Shown: positions 12,360 to 26,000, counted from the stretch's first letter. The stretch is 64,000 nucleotides of DNA from Fistulifera solaris (GCA_030295235.1 AP026124.1:1426001-1490000), one strand, 5' to 3'. The notes: generated by a model from the letters alone, not told the origin. Made by a program: numbers and translations.

Positions 12360-14304
12360 ATGATGTGGTCGGTGCACGTCTTCCTTTTGAACTTGCTTTC
12401 CTCCCTTTCGTTACATCGTACTCCACCCTTACATTCACTTCGTTTGCACCCCGTGTTTCCTCCCGCCCACGTAGGAGATTCCGTAACATTGCAGTATCAC
12501 AGCAAGATACCACACAAGATATCATAGATGACGAAGAGTTGCTCAAAGAAGTCACAGAAAGTCAACTTGTAGGTCTCTGCAAACAATTTGAGCTACCGAC
12601 AGAGGGAACCAAAGAAATTCTGCTGCTACGTCTTCGAGAATATGCCGAACAAGAGATTGAAAGGGAGAGAAGGGTATTGAAAGAAAGGGTGGATAAAGTG
12701 GAGCAGGGCTCTGAAAATGATAAAGAACGGTACGAACTTGCCGAGGGTAACCCGATCGATGACAACGACGACGATGAAGATGCTGCTTTTTTCTACTATC
12801 ATTTGCCCGACGACGACACGTCCAACTCAACGTCAGCAAAAGCTACACCTTCCAGGCCCAAAAAAGCAACAATTATTGATAGCAGTGTAGTCACGGCCCC
12901 ACCTCCGCCAGCTGAACCGAATGAGGACGGCGAACGTGTCGTGACAATTTACTCAACGACTGACACGAACGACTTGACTGGCGTAGCTGCAGCGCAGCCT
13001 GGTCAATCGAGTATCGCAGGCGGTGATTTGACGTCCGTTACACCCAGTATTAAAGGATCTCAACCCTGGGAAATGGAATCACAGCAAAAGACTACTACAT
13101 CTAGAGAAATAGAACAAGCAAAAGAACAAATCAACGAGCTTGTTCAGATTCTCCTGCCATGACAGGTGCCCCAGCTTTTGCTGCTATGGTGGACGACGAT
13201 GAGTTGGCGAATAAAATGCCTTCGTATGCGCCACGGAATGGGTTTGTCGGCTTTGATCCGTCGCTTGTCCCGCAACAATTGTTATCGGCTTCCTCCCAGG
13301 CACTTAGAACAAGCCGTGGCGCGGTACTAGCAGATGTGCTGCGGCAATATGAACTTCAGGGAATAGGCCAAGATGGAATGGCCGGGGATGACACCCAGAA
13401 AGGAGGTGGTCACTACCGGGAAGTGTCAAAAGTACGCGCGTTTCTCGAAGGATATCGGAGGGCTGAAGTTCGTCGACTCGCACGAGAAACAACTGTCATG
13501 CTGCTGGATAAGCTTGTGTCGGAAGGAGTTAATGGACTAGATTTTATGCTGGCTTCCATGACCAAAAGTTCGGACGATGCATCTGCCTATGCGGGAGAGC
13601 TGAATGATTCTTTGCTTGAGTATCTCAACGACGCCATCCGTCAACAACAGGCAAAAGTTGACCAGCTGGTCGCTGATAGCCCAAAGATTGAGTTGTTGGA
13701 AGAAAGATATCCAAAAAGCGATCAAGTTGATGCTCTCTGGGAGGTTTCTTACGAGAATGGTGAGAAACTTGAAAGCATCGATCCAAATAATCCAACGGTT
13801 CAGAAAACTCTTCGAGAAGCGTACGGCGATTCAGAGACATCTTTGAGCATCACCAACGAACGGATCCCCGATAGTGCCGCGGAAAAGCTACTACTTCTCC
13901 TCACGCTCCTTCGTGAACGAATAAAGGTCGAAGCGGCTTTCGCGCCCGACGAGAAAGGTCGAAATCTGCGTTTACTCGCATACTGCCTTCGATTACAATC
14001 GGACAGGGAACGTGAGCAGCTGATTCTCAACAGCTTGGGAAGCTCTTTAGATGTGAGTGATTTGCGGTGTGGTGGAATTCTTTACACGAGGAGTTAATCA
14101 TGACGCTCACACTCACTACCTGCAGGCCTTAGATTCTTTCGATGAACTTATTTCGAGTTCCATTGAATACGGCGAGAGCACGTCATATCAGCTGCAACCA
14201 GCAAAAGAGTAACGTTGAACTTAAAAGAGTTACAACAAATCCTAGGGCTTGTGGACAAACTTCGTCGTCAACAATCTCGAAAGGCTTCTGGATTTCAACC
14301 TTGA
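12360..14304 (+). CDS. SAP-domain protein, probably plastid-targeted, function unknown
   Basis: Hydrophobic N-terminus followed by a Ser/Arg-rich transit-like region; SAP motif LVGLCKQFELPTEGTKEILLLRL. ORFs 12365..13162 and 13159..14097 joined by a frameshift; intron about 14054-14126. Confidence 0.6.
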
Positions 14305-14424
14305 CGAATCACCACCTTTTTCTAAGCAAAAGTATTGTTGAAACAATTCATTTCTACATAACCCAAATTAACCGATAGCCCATAGTATTAGTCGCCGTAA
14401 AACAAGGCCGTTCCCCCCTACACG

Positions 14425-14881
14425 TTAAGGATTCAATGTTTTTTCGGCCTTGGAAGGAGTTTGTGCTTTCTTTGCAGGTTTATCCGCTTGAACGCTCCCA
14501 AGAACAGCAGGGGAATCTGCAACAGGTCGCGAGAGTACCATCAGCAGTGTTCCTGTGTTGTACTTCATTCCACCTTTCACACTATCGTGGATTACATTCA
14601 TCAAATCGACCCAGTGCTTTTCATCTTCTCGTGACATGCGGGCGTATCCTTTATTGGAGATGTAGTTGAATGCCTGCAAAAACCCGAAGACATCAAGTGG
14701 GAGGAGTAAGACATCATGACGCAGTGAGTGATGGCAGAAAGCTGCATTACACTTACTTCTTCAAAAAAATCAAAGTACACACGGTTTCCTTGCTCCTCTC
14801 GAACGAGGAAATCTCCCTTTCGAAACCAGCAGAGATGGTGGCGATGTTCATTGGCGACGGTTCAGGCTTTAGTTCTGCCAT
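14425..14881 (-). CDS. Hypothetical protein (2 exons)
   Basis: ATG 14881 (MAELKPEPSPMN...), GTAAGT donor near 14756 and CAG acceptor near 14674 lead into AFNYISNKGYARMS... The C-terminus is uncertain. Confidence 0.45.
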
Positions 14882-15481
14882 ATTGCACTAGGATATATCA
14901 GCTGGCGGGGTTGCTATGAATTTATCCTCAATAAATGTCCAACGCTAGAGTTTAGTTTCAAGTTGACGGTCCTTTTGTTCTCGTCTCGTCGCCATCGCCG
15001 GTCATCTCCAAGGTCGTTTTGAGGATGAAATTTGACGCACTTCGAGTAAATATTCAATATACAGATTTTTATACAATCACAACAGGAGCTGACCGAAGGA
15101 ACGTTCCCCTGACTTATTTAGATAGACGTTGCGATCTCAACGGAAGTCTACTATGAAATTCAACAGTTCTATTGCGTTTCGCACTTATACTATCGATCGT
15201 CGAACGATCTTACACGACTGAAATTCAGTCATGAGAAAAGTGCCAAAACACCTTGAAGTTCAAGTACCTTTAGTTTTTGTAAGAGGTCTACGGAATGGCC
15301 TCTAGAAAACAATGTCCTCTTTGACAAATATCGTATTAAGAATTGGTCGGATATAGCCGCTAAGCTACAGTAGGCTTTTATATTTGGATGTGCGCTCGTC
15401 TGTGGTGAGAAATGTGACTTTGGACGCTCTTGGTAGACGCTTGTCCTCTACTATCCGCGCCATTCCATTTAAATATAAGTT

Positions 15482-16163
15482 TTAGTTCGCGATTTCTTTC
15501 GTAAGGGGCAGATCGACTTCGGCGAGGTATGAATCAAGGCTAGAAATTGCAGCGTCGAAACTTGCTTTCGCTCCTTTGTGTCTTTCTTTTCAATGATTTG
15601 GTCATTCCTTCAACATTGGCGGCGAACGCTTTCCATTTCTATAAAAAAGATCATCAATGAGAAACGATACCTCAATTGACCAGATAACTAACAAGTTCAC
15701 TTCATACCTTTACTGCCGGAAGTGAATCTGGCGCAGCGCTGGAGTTTCGTCGAAAAGCATTGGCCAGCAAGTAGCCTGCAGCGGAAAAATCTTTCCACGA
15801 GCCGACATCCTCGCTGGTAAAGAACGAGCGCAGTACTTCAATATCTCCGCTATCTAGAGGATTTGTCAGCGATGCAAATGTCTTGACACCTTGTTTGACT
15901 CGGTCGTTGTAGCGCTGCTTCGCTGAAAGAAGATAAGCACCCCCAGCTGTTGCTCCACCCGAGGCCCGCGCATTTCCATGGGGAAGTGTCACGGTGCCGA
16001 TCAAGGCCAAGGTGCAAACAGAAATATGATTCACAACATCCCTGCGAGACAACATGAGGGCTAAATTTTCATGCAAGGATTTTTTCGCAGGGACGGCGAC
16101 GAAGCCGAAAACTGTTGCCGCAGGAAGGAATCCTAGCAGGCTCAGGATTAAGAGCAGCTTCAT
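15482..16163 (-). CDS. Thylakoid lumenal protein, PsbQ-like helical bundle
   Basis: Signal peptide plus transit peptide, twin-Arg (SRRD) and an AxA cleavage site. Second exon (after intron ~15639-15707) reads KWKAFAANVE...AISSLDSYLAEVDLP. Confidence 0.6.
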
Positions 16164-16709
16164 CGTGGATAGCCAAGTTTTGCTTTGATTAGTATATGAT
16201 GAAGCCTCTCAGCTTTGATTTAGAATGAAGGAATTTGTCGAAAGATTTCATGCGAGAATCATCTTTCAACGTGGTAGTGTAAAGCGGTGTGACACACACC
16301 GACGTCAGCAATTTCGCGGAAGTTTACATTCTCGTTTAGCAAATTCGTGGGGTTCATAGTTTTTGGCTCTTTATTCGATCAACAAGTCATGAAAAAAAAA
16401 TTTAGTCAACTAGAACTCATATCTCATGTCCAAACTCAAAATTAGTTCCATTGATAAATTATGACTGGAATGCAGTCGTGGCATAGGTGAGACTTCGCTG
16501 TGAACTATCGAAAGAATGCGGATGCATAAAGATTTCGACAGAATTATTCGAAGTCTGCACTGGAAATGCTGCTTACATTCATAACATGGTGATTGGAGGT
16601 AGCGGTACCAAATTTAATAAAAGGGACCGACGCTCGTTTGCGTGACCTCCTTTACTTGTACTGGCTTGTAAAATCTTCGATTTGAGTAATAATTTAGTCG
16701 TAACATTTA

Positions 16710-16890
16710 CAGAATTTCTGTATGATCGGAGACACTGTCCATGATACCCAGAATTTCTGATGGACCAAAGCACTGATTCCAGAATTTCTGGAGCATTTAC
16801 AGGATTTCTGAATATCCAAAAACACCTTCTCCAGAAATTCTGCATTATCAGAAAAACTGCCTACAGAATTTTACGTCCACAGCATATCTG
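16710..16890. repeat. Array of ~8 CAG-N5-CTG (consensus CAGAATTTCTG) spaced palindromes
   Basis: Copies start at 16710, 16749, 16780, 16800, 16832, 16849, 16864 (partial) and 16880. Confidence 0.75.
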
Positions 16891-16956
16891 TATGAACAAA
16901 AGGCCAGAACGTGTTTGTCACAGGATTTAAATCTTCAAACTTTAGTAAACTTTCTC

Positions 16957-17172
16957 ATGGATTTCTACCAGCTAGCGTCCCTTTACAAGTGAAAAAAACA
17001 GCAACACGATAAATTCAGAGGAGTTAGAGCCAAGAAGAAAGCAGGGCTGAACCCACTGCTGTCTTCTTATGGATTTCGACCAGCTAGGGTCCCTTTACAA
17101 ATAAAGTTATTAACAGCAATACGATATATTCAGAGAGTTAGAGCCAAGAAGTCAGCAGGGCTAACCCCACTG
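16957..17172. repeat. Diverged tandem duplication (~100 bp) of the last codons and 3' flank of the DUF285 gene
   Basis: 16957-17058 versus 17069-17172; both read ATGGATTTC.ACCAGCTAG.GTCCCTTTACAA...GTTAGAGCCAAGAAG..AGCAGGGCT.A.CCCACTG. Confidence 0.85.
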
Positions 17173-19224
17173 TGGTCATCCATAACATGTCCCTTCTACC
17201 AAAAGCGCTAGAGCTTGATCCGGCAGGAGATGGCGCTACAGGAGGAACAGGTACAACCGGTGGTACACCAGTAGGGGTGGAGGCAGGGTTTGGTGCAGCG
17301 GTCATATTCTGACGAACAAAGTTCTGTTCCAGTGGCGGACATGACGAAGGGCGTGATGTTGGAGAGCGCATCTGCGCAGATATTGGACAATCAGCAGCCT
17401 CGGTGCAATGAGTGCAAAGTGGCGATATTGGGCGCGATGAAAAATCTGGATCGGCTGTGTTTGAACAACCGCTAGATTCGAACATATTGGAAACGCTGTC
17501 ACCGGCTATGCGGTCTCCCCAAGCACAGAGACTACTGTTGTAAGAAGATGCTCCAGAGAACATTTGCATTGTACTGACAACATTAGTCACATTCCAACTG
17601 CAGAGGTCTGCCGCGAAACTGCTTGCGCCTTGGAACATGCCACTGGCGCTAGTAAGTTTCTCGACGTTCCACATCGACAGATCGGCACTAAAATTTGATG
17701 CCCCTGCGAACATACTTTGCATGTCAACGACATTAGATGTATCCCACATTCCAAGATCCTGATTGAATGAGGCAGCGTCACCAAACATGAAAGTCTGAAA
17801 CAAAAAACGATTCAATGATTGCTCGCAGCAGTAAGAACGAACAATTGCATCTGGTCTTACCATTGTTTCCACTTTACTCGTAATCCAAGTGTCTAGGGGT
17901 TGATCGAAAGCAATGGCGTTCCGGAACATATCGGTCATGTCGACCACATTCTCCGTGTTCCAGCAGGCAAGATCTTCATTGAAGGTCTCTTGAAAACGAA
18001 ATGTATTGGCCATGCTTGTGACCTTGGTTGTACACCAATTGCCGATAGGATAACCGTAAGTTGCAGCGACAGGATTCTGTTGATTGTTGGGAGCACGGAA
18101 GTAATCTTGAACTGCTCTATGAAAATCTTCATCCGAATTAAAGCACTGGCATTCTCCCCTCGCTGCGTCACACGGAGTCAGTTGACATAACCCACATAAT
18201 GGACCAACATACTGGCTGGTAAACATAACATCAAGCTGAGATTCGCATGCGGTCTCAATGAACATATCGGAGGTCACCAAATCGCGTCCGAGAAGAGAAT
18301 CTTCCCAGGCACACAAATTTTGGGAGAAGGACGTTGCTCCCTCAAACATCTCGGAAAAACTTACAGCAGACGACACGTCCCAACCTGATAGATCCGTGTT
18401 AAAGTTTTCCACAAGCTTAAACATGCCATCAAATTCCGTTCCTTTTGAAACACTCCAACTTTTCACTTTCGAAAGATCGAAGCCACTCGATTCACCGAAC
18501 ATGTATGCAAATAGTTGATTGTTCGAAACATCCCAGGTGGAAAGATCAAATTGAAAGGATGTTGTTCGGAAGAACATGTAGCGCATATCGGTCGCGGCTG
18601 CGACATTCCACGATGACAAATTTTCGGTAGCGCTCGTGGCACTGTGAAACATGGCATTGAAGGTTTGCACGTTACTGACATCCCATGACGACAAACCTTG
18701 TCCCGTGAAATTTGTGGTTCCACGAAAAGCTCGAGCCATATTTTGTACGGAACTGGTGTCCCATGACGATAGATCTTGGTTGAATGCGACGGCATTGTCA
18801 AATGCTGAAATCATGCTGGTGACTTTGGACAAATCTTCCCGTGGTTTACGTAGACAAAAGGTAAGATAAAAGCACTCGTCAGCAACGTATTGTTGGTTGA
18901 AAACTTACTCCATCCCGAGATATCTTGATTGAACGCCGCTGCTCTATCAAACATGCCGTCTATTGTTGTTGCATTCGACATGTCCCATTTTGAGATATCT
19001 TCATTAAATGTGACGGCATTTACAAAAATATCCGTAAAGTCGGTTACTTGTCCGACACACCAACTACCGATAGGATAACCGTACGTTTCTGTTATCGGTG
19101 TTCCCTCTACAGGATTGTTCAGATACTGGATGACAGCATCACGCAATTCGGTTCCGTTGGTAAAACAATTGTTCTGTGCCAACGCGAGAGGAAGCAAAGC
19201 GAGTGCTGCTGCGAACCATTTCAT
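17138..19224 (-). CDS. Secreted DUF285 (BspA-like/PARCEL 25-aa repeat) surface protein with a hydrophobic GPI-like tail
   Basis: Signal peptide MKWFAAALALLPLALA; two YGYPIGxWC caps, each followed by FNQDLSSWDTSSVQNM..MF repeats; Pro/Ser-rich stalk; hydrophobic C-terminus. Introns 17795-17860 and about 18830-18909. Confidence 0.9.
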
Positions 19225-19734
19225 TGTTATTCAAGGGCTGTCTAAAGCGATATTTCGTTGTTTTATGTCTGAATGCAATATCAACGACGATGATTATCGT
19301 GTAATAACAATGATGAATGATGACAACAAAGCAAATATCATTATTTCAAAACAATCGAGAGAAAGTTCGTCTTGCCTTGAAGACAAATCAACATTGAGGT
19401 CGCATCGATTTTGAAAGTTTTAAGCATGGTTAATCGACTAACTGATACGGTACTCATAAATACGGTCCTCTGCACGATAGATTTACTACTATAACTTTAA
19501 AAGTCATTTTTTTTCCGTTGAGTACCAGTCGTCTTGCAACGGTCCGCTCTTGTTTCTCGCTTTTGGTCGCGAAATTATGGTCACGACGATGACGCAAAAC
19601 TCAATCATTTGCCCGTTTGATGCGATTCAAGTAAGCACAGTATCTCCACAGTCATATAGACTGCTTTCCCTATCAGCTTGACGATACGTTAAGGCATCTA
19701 GGCTAGTTACTCTCGCTTCCGAAATAACAAACAA

Positions 19735-22700
19735 ATGAGTAGCACAAAGATTGCGGAGCTCGAAGATCGATCGGCATGCGCCGCTTGGTCACCCGTCTCC
19801 GGCTACGGATCTCTCATTGCACTCGGCACCAAGGTATGTCCTTTTACGACCATCCATAGTGAGTAAAGCTAATGCTGGAATTGTCTGACTTTTGTCATTC
19901 ATCCTTTTAGGACTCGGGAGGAGTTTCGTTTGATCAAGATACCGGAGGAACTTTAGAGCTTTATGACTCGGAAAAGAATGACATTGTGGGAGCTTTAGTA
20001 ACAGCGGCACGTTTTTCGAGCTTATTGTGGGTGGCTGCTACAGATGCGTATCCAGCGGGGCTTATTGTAGGAGGAATGGCGGATGGAACGCTGCAGATAT
20101 GGGACGCGCAGGCAATGCTCGAGGCCACCGATGCATCCGTAGGATCCGTGTCGCTCGATTCGACCAACCCCGTCACTGCGCTGGCCGCGAGTCCGTTAGA
20201 TACACAAAATATTTGTGCCGGAACGTCCAGCGGACAAGTCGTTGTTCTGAATTTATCGTCGCAACCGTTTCGAAGCAAGGACCCTGCACCGGGTCACAAA
20301 CACAAGTCAGCGGCAGTGACTGCCGTAGCGTGGAACAGTCAAGTAGCTCACATCGTGGCAACAGGGAGTGCCGAAGGAACAGTTACCGTCTGGGATCTTG
20401 CCTCGGGGAAGCCATGGTGCGAAATTGCTACCGGATCGGCGGTGGCGGACGTGCATTGGAATCCGACGCAGGGCTTGTACCTGGTCACCGCCTCGGCGGA
20501 AGATCGCAACCCCGTTCTGTTGCTTTGGGATTTGCGCTCGAGTACAAGCATGCCATTGGCAACCCTCACGGGTCATCAGTCTGGAATACTCAAGACGGCG
20601 TGGTGTCCACACGATGATGCACTTCTCTTGTCTTGCGCTAGGGATCATCGTACCATTTTGTGGGATCTATACACGTTACAACCTCTCGCGGATCTTCCCG
20701 TGGATTCTACGGCTGCCGCACAACCACAGCAACAGCAGTCGGTGAATCCCAGTGCGTTGTTCGCCAGTAAATCATTGAACGATCAGCATTTGCTGCGATA
20801 TTTTGTGCAGTGGTCAACGATCAAGCGCGGCGTAGCACTGACTTGCTCGCTGGATCGTAAAATTCAAGTTCATTCGATTTTGGCATTGGCAAATAAGTCG
20901 GGACGGCCACCGGCGTGGATGAAACCAAAGTCGTTTGTTTCCACTGGATTCGGTGGCTTGCTCGTTTCTTCGGCACCGAATAATGTTGTCTCGATTTCGT
21001 GCGTTTCGGAAGATGTCGCCCTGGTGAAGCGAGCGATCGACATTGAAACGTCTTTGGCGTACGGTAGTCCAGCTGACTTTTGTGCGTCGAGGACAGGACA
21101 TCCTTGGGGCTTTTTGAGTGTCATATTTGCCAGCAATGCCAGACAAGAACTTTTGCAGCACTTGAAACTGGATGCAAATGAGATTGCTGCAGCGGCAGAA
21201 AATCTTTGTCAAGACTTGTCAAAATCTCCGGAGCATTCCTTGCCGCTCCCGCCGGATCGTGCTTCGAAACATCGAGGCATGACGCCGCAAGTTACAAATA
21301 TCGTCCAGAAAGCGATGATGGTAGGAAACTTTGAGGCAGCAGTCGAATGTTGTTTCCAAGCAGGAAACTTTGTCGATGCACTTCTTCTCGCGTCCTGTGG
21401 TGGCAGTGAGCTTTGGTCGAAAACTCAGGAGCGTTACTTTGCTCAGGAGACGAACAATAAGCCGTACTTGCCAATAGCTCGAGCTATCTTGAAAGCGAAC
21501 GGGTTAAGTGATTGGGTTTCCGAGTCCGAGTTGAAAGAGTGGCAACAAACTTTGGCAATTTTAGCGACTTATGGTCAATCGGAGGAATTTCCACTACTCT
21601 GCACTCTGCTCGGAAATCGTCTTGCTCAACAAGGGGAGCTAGAGGCGGCCACCGATTGTTTTATCTGTGCATTGAACCTGACAGACGCCGTACCTTACTG
21701 GCAACTGCAGATGGAAAGAAAGGCAATTAGTCTAGAAGAGTTCTGTTTAAGAGTTTTCATTTTGCAGCAAGCGACACCCCAGACCCCAGTCCCAGAATCT
21801 GTGGCTAATAATTTCTTCGAGTACGCATTTTCTTTGTCTCAGCAAGGGTTGCTGGCAACGGCGGCGAAGTACTGTGCCATGGGCGGTGATTCTGAGTCGA
21901 ACCGGCAGCTAAAAGATAGGTTGTATCGAAGCCGAGCTAGTCCCCGGTGCTTGGCTGCAATGAAGAATGTTCCACCTGAGTTTCCTTATTCTGCTATGAA
22001 TTTAACAAAGAGTGCTGGGCAATACCTAGTATATCCTCTGCACGAACAACAGGAACAGCAGCACAATGCTGAGGTGTATTCAAACAGCCATCAAAATTTT
22101 CCGCTGCAGACGGAGTCTGTGCAGTCGAGCCAACAGCCGTACCAACAACAATCGACCCAAAATGGCCAGAAGTACGGATCAGACGAGCTACCGGATGGCT
22201 GGGTTGCCCTTCAGGACCCTTCAAGCGGCATGACCTACTACGCGAATCAAAACACCGGAGAGACGACCTGGGAAAAGCCGCAGCCGCTATTTACCCAACA
22301 ACCCTCTCAACAACAACCCTATGTGACTAGTAAAGCAGCAGTCACGCCATCCAAGCGAGAAGCAGTCGTCGCTAAGTACGGGGATGGATTTGTCACGTCT
22401 GCGTCACATCCGGAACTTGCTTCGCAGTACGGCAACGTTGGTACGAGCAATCCGTATAAAGGCACAGAACGCCCAGGGATCGCCGTGGTGGGTGGAGGCC
22501 AGAAGCCACCAATTTCCGGGACGCTCAACTTCGACAATTTCGAATTGACGGCTGATCACCATGAGATCAAAGATTCGTTGCTGGGATTGGTTGACGCCTT
22601 GAGAAACAATGCGCAATTGAATCCTGTTGAGAAGCGTCAGTTGGCAGAAACTGAGAAAGCGATAGCAATATTAGTAAAGAAAATGGCACGTGGTGAATTG

Positions 22701-22874
22701 GCGGAAGACACAACAGGCAAGGTGTACTCTATGGTTGGAGCCGTTAATAATTCGGATCTAGTTTCGGCATCGTTGGTTCAGACTGATTTGGCAAATCACG
22801 ACTGGCGAGACCACAAGGATTGGCTAAAAGGTATCAAGTTGCTGATTCAGCTTGGAGTCAAAAAGTTCACTTAA
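19735..22874 (+). CDS. SEC31: COPII outer coat protein Sec31 (WD40 + ACE1, internal WW domain)
   Basis: ATG 19735, intron about 19834-19910. WD40 repeats (AVAWNSQVAHIVAT, VHWNP, AWCPHD), PPAWMKP...GFGG, DALLLASCGGSELW, WW domain (LPDGWVALQDPSSGMTYYANQNTGETTWEKP), C-terminal helical domain. Confidence 0.92.
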
Positions 22875-23030
22875 TCGTAACAACATACTTTTACCGATTT
22901 AACGAGACAAGACTAGTAGGTAGAAATCCTTAGTGAAATAGATTGAGCACTTTGCGTATGCGCTCGCTTTGAGACTTGAAAAGTTCCAAAGCAGCCTATG
23001 AGTATCGGTCGAGTCGATCAACGTCACGCT

Positions 23031-26000
23031 TTACATCTTTTTCCGTTTCGGGATAGAAAAATTGCTCGAAACAGGCGACTCTTTTCGTTTCTTAGGCACG
23101 TGAACCGCTTTCATATCATCTTGGCTTTTCAAACGATCGAACATTAGTAGTTCGCGAGCATATCGTTGTTTGTCCCACTCCGTCCATTCACGCCAAACAG
23201 CCTTGTCGTCTTCGGAGAGTTTTGTCCATCGATCCTTTAGCATACCATTTAAGATAGCTTTGTCCTTCCTGTCTTCGAGAGGCAAAGTGTTCTTTACTTC
23301 TTTTCGTGTCCTGATGCAAAATTGTGTGAATGGTTTCTTCCATTCAATGGGAGGTTCGCTTCCATCGTATTTGGGAAACTCCACAAATTCGCCTTGCACT
23401 ACTGCGCCATCTTCATTTTCTTTGGTAGGGTTATTTTCATTTCTACTTTTTTGTCGATAATCCTCTTCGTCCTTTTTGACGTTCGATACCTCCTCCCGTT
23501 TATCGGAAAGAACTCGGGCAATAGCCGCGCCTTCATTGAGCTCCTTCAAACGTTTCTGTAAAATACCGATTTGAGCGCTCAGGTCGTCAACTTTTTCTTG
23601 AGCTCTTGTTGATGCTGCTCAGCCTCCATTCGCTCTTTTTGAATTTTTTGTCGAAGAAGGACGCGGTGCTTAGGCAACTGCACGGGGGCGAGCACTCCAG
23701 ATTGATCGGGCTCAGTTGGAAGACCATTGTCTTCGCGATATTTTCTCTCTAGCTGCTCAACCTCCTTTTCAGCAGCTTTCATCAGTTGTTCACATCTTCT
23801 CCCTATCTGCTCAACAGGCAAGCTACGTAAAAAATAGTCAAATCGAAACAGGGGGTTTCGACGGATCGCCAATTTTATGGCTTGCCACTGACCGTAGCCA
23901 TACTGAATGAAAACATAGACGTTAGTACAGTGAAGAAAAGCACGTCAAGTCGGTTAAAGCTTACCTTACGTGCCCAACAAAGAAGATATCTGTCCTCGTC
24001 CACAGTGAACATTTTATCTTTGCAATTGATGTGCGTGAACTCCAACTCTTTCCAAGGATTGTCGAAAAGAGAGACAAGAATTTTCGTCCCGCGTTCGAGT
24101 CCTTTGATTTCCTCTATCTTCTTTTCTCCACGTTCGATGAGCTTTACAACTCGGTCGTACTCGTGTTCGGATATGCGTGATTTACCGATATCTCCCCAGA
24201 ACGCATCAGTAAATTCTTTGACGGCCTGCTCTGACTTCGATAATTCGAGTGCAATTTTGCTTAGAGCATTTTCTCTACCGAACTTAGCACTTAGTTTGAT
24301 GAACGTTGCGAAGTCGTGACGCTTCCAATCTGAAAAACCCTCCGAGAGCAGTTGATCCTTTTCAGCTTGTCTTTCGGTGGAAAGAAGCGGAGGTAAATCA
24401 AAAGGAATCTTTTCTTCGTCTCCTATGGGAGCATCCTCTAAAGAATCACTTTGTTCCGATTTCGAATGCTCGTTTAAAGCCAATTTCTGCTGCTCTTCTG
24501 GAAGACTTTTAAATGCATCCTCTTCTTCTTCCTGAATTTTAAGCAATCGCGGCCTGTCATACATCTGCCACTCTTCCATCCGTGGAAGTCGTAGGTGCTT
24601 CGGTAACTTCAAGGCCTTCTTCTTCTTTAGCTTTGGCGTGATATTCCCTTGCATTGCAGCAACTTGACGCTGGTACAATGAATTTTCGTTGTAATTCGCC
24701 TCTTTCCTTTCCCGCTTACCTATATCAAAAATGCCTAGCATTTCTTTGCGGGCCTGGGCAAGCGAATAATCCACCCCTTCGAAAGTTTGTACGGACGATC
24801 CATCGAGCTTGAAGTCGAGAAGATCACCTTTGTCCGCAGCTTTTAGCTTTTCATTCATTTCCTCAGTCTTTCGCTTCCCCGCTTGAAGAATCAAATCAAT
24901 GTCGTCATCAGTAATGGATGAGTCTTTACTTTTGAAAATTTTATCCGCTCCAAAACGAACAGCAGCAAGCAATTCGTCCCTCGACAGTTTGTCTTTCTCC
25001 TTTAGCCGCCCTGACTGGACTACCATCGCATCGAGCTTAAGCTTTTGCTGAGCTCTTTCTACAATCTTTTCCTCGATCGTATGCTCAGTGACGAAGCGAA
25101 ACACTTGAACTGGTTTCTTCTGTCCGATTCGATGCGCACGATCTTGCGCTTGAAGATCAGCCTGTGGATTCCAGTCGCTGTCGTACAAAATGACAACATC
25201 TGCAGTTTGTAAATTGATTCCTATAGTCGCAAAAATGTGAGGATCTGCAAACATGTCCTATCAGTCTGCAGGCGCGACACTCGTACCTAATCCACCAGCA
25301 CGTGTTGAAAGCAGAAAAATAAACTTCTCGGAGTCAGGAGCATTATAAGCATCGATATATTCTTCACGATCCTCGTGCGACGTATTACCGTCAATGCGGC
25401 AATACGGGAACCTTCTCATCACTAAATAATCCTCCATGATATCCAAAACTCTGGTCATCTGCGTGAACAACAGAACACGATGCCCCAACTCTCGCATCCG
25501 CTTTAGAAGCTTATCTAGAAGGACCATTTTACCACAATTCTCAACCAAATGTTCACCTAAAGGAGGCAGCGTCCGATCTTCGACTCCGGGAAAAGATATG
25601 GATGTCCTGCACATTTACGAAGTTGCATGACGATGTTCAGGATGGCAGTCCGACTTCCGGAGGTGCCTTGAATAGCATCGATGTCTCGAATAAGAATGTC
25701 GCGATAGAGTTTCTTTTGCATGGCACTCATACCTGTGAAAAGGATAGTCTCGTGCTTTGGGGGAAGTGACTTCTCTACATCAACTTTCAGCCGGCGAAGC
25801 ATAAACGGTCTCAGAATTTTGTGTAGCTGTGATATCAGCTTGTTTTTTTCGTCATTGTCTTCAATATCCAGATTGAACCATTCGCTTTTGTTACAAGGCG
25901 TAAGAATATGATCGAACAACTTTATCCTTTCAAACCTAGGTACTTACTCAAATTGTTCGGCACTTTCAAAAACATCAGGGACGAGAAAATTTAACAGAGC

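Noticed and set aside
16710..16890. CRISPR-like repeat-spacer array
   Set aside because: Repeats are only 11 bp and degenerate, spacing is irregular (15-39 bp), there are no cas genes, and the context is a eukaryotic nucleus.
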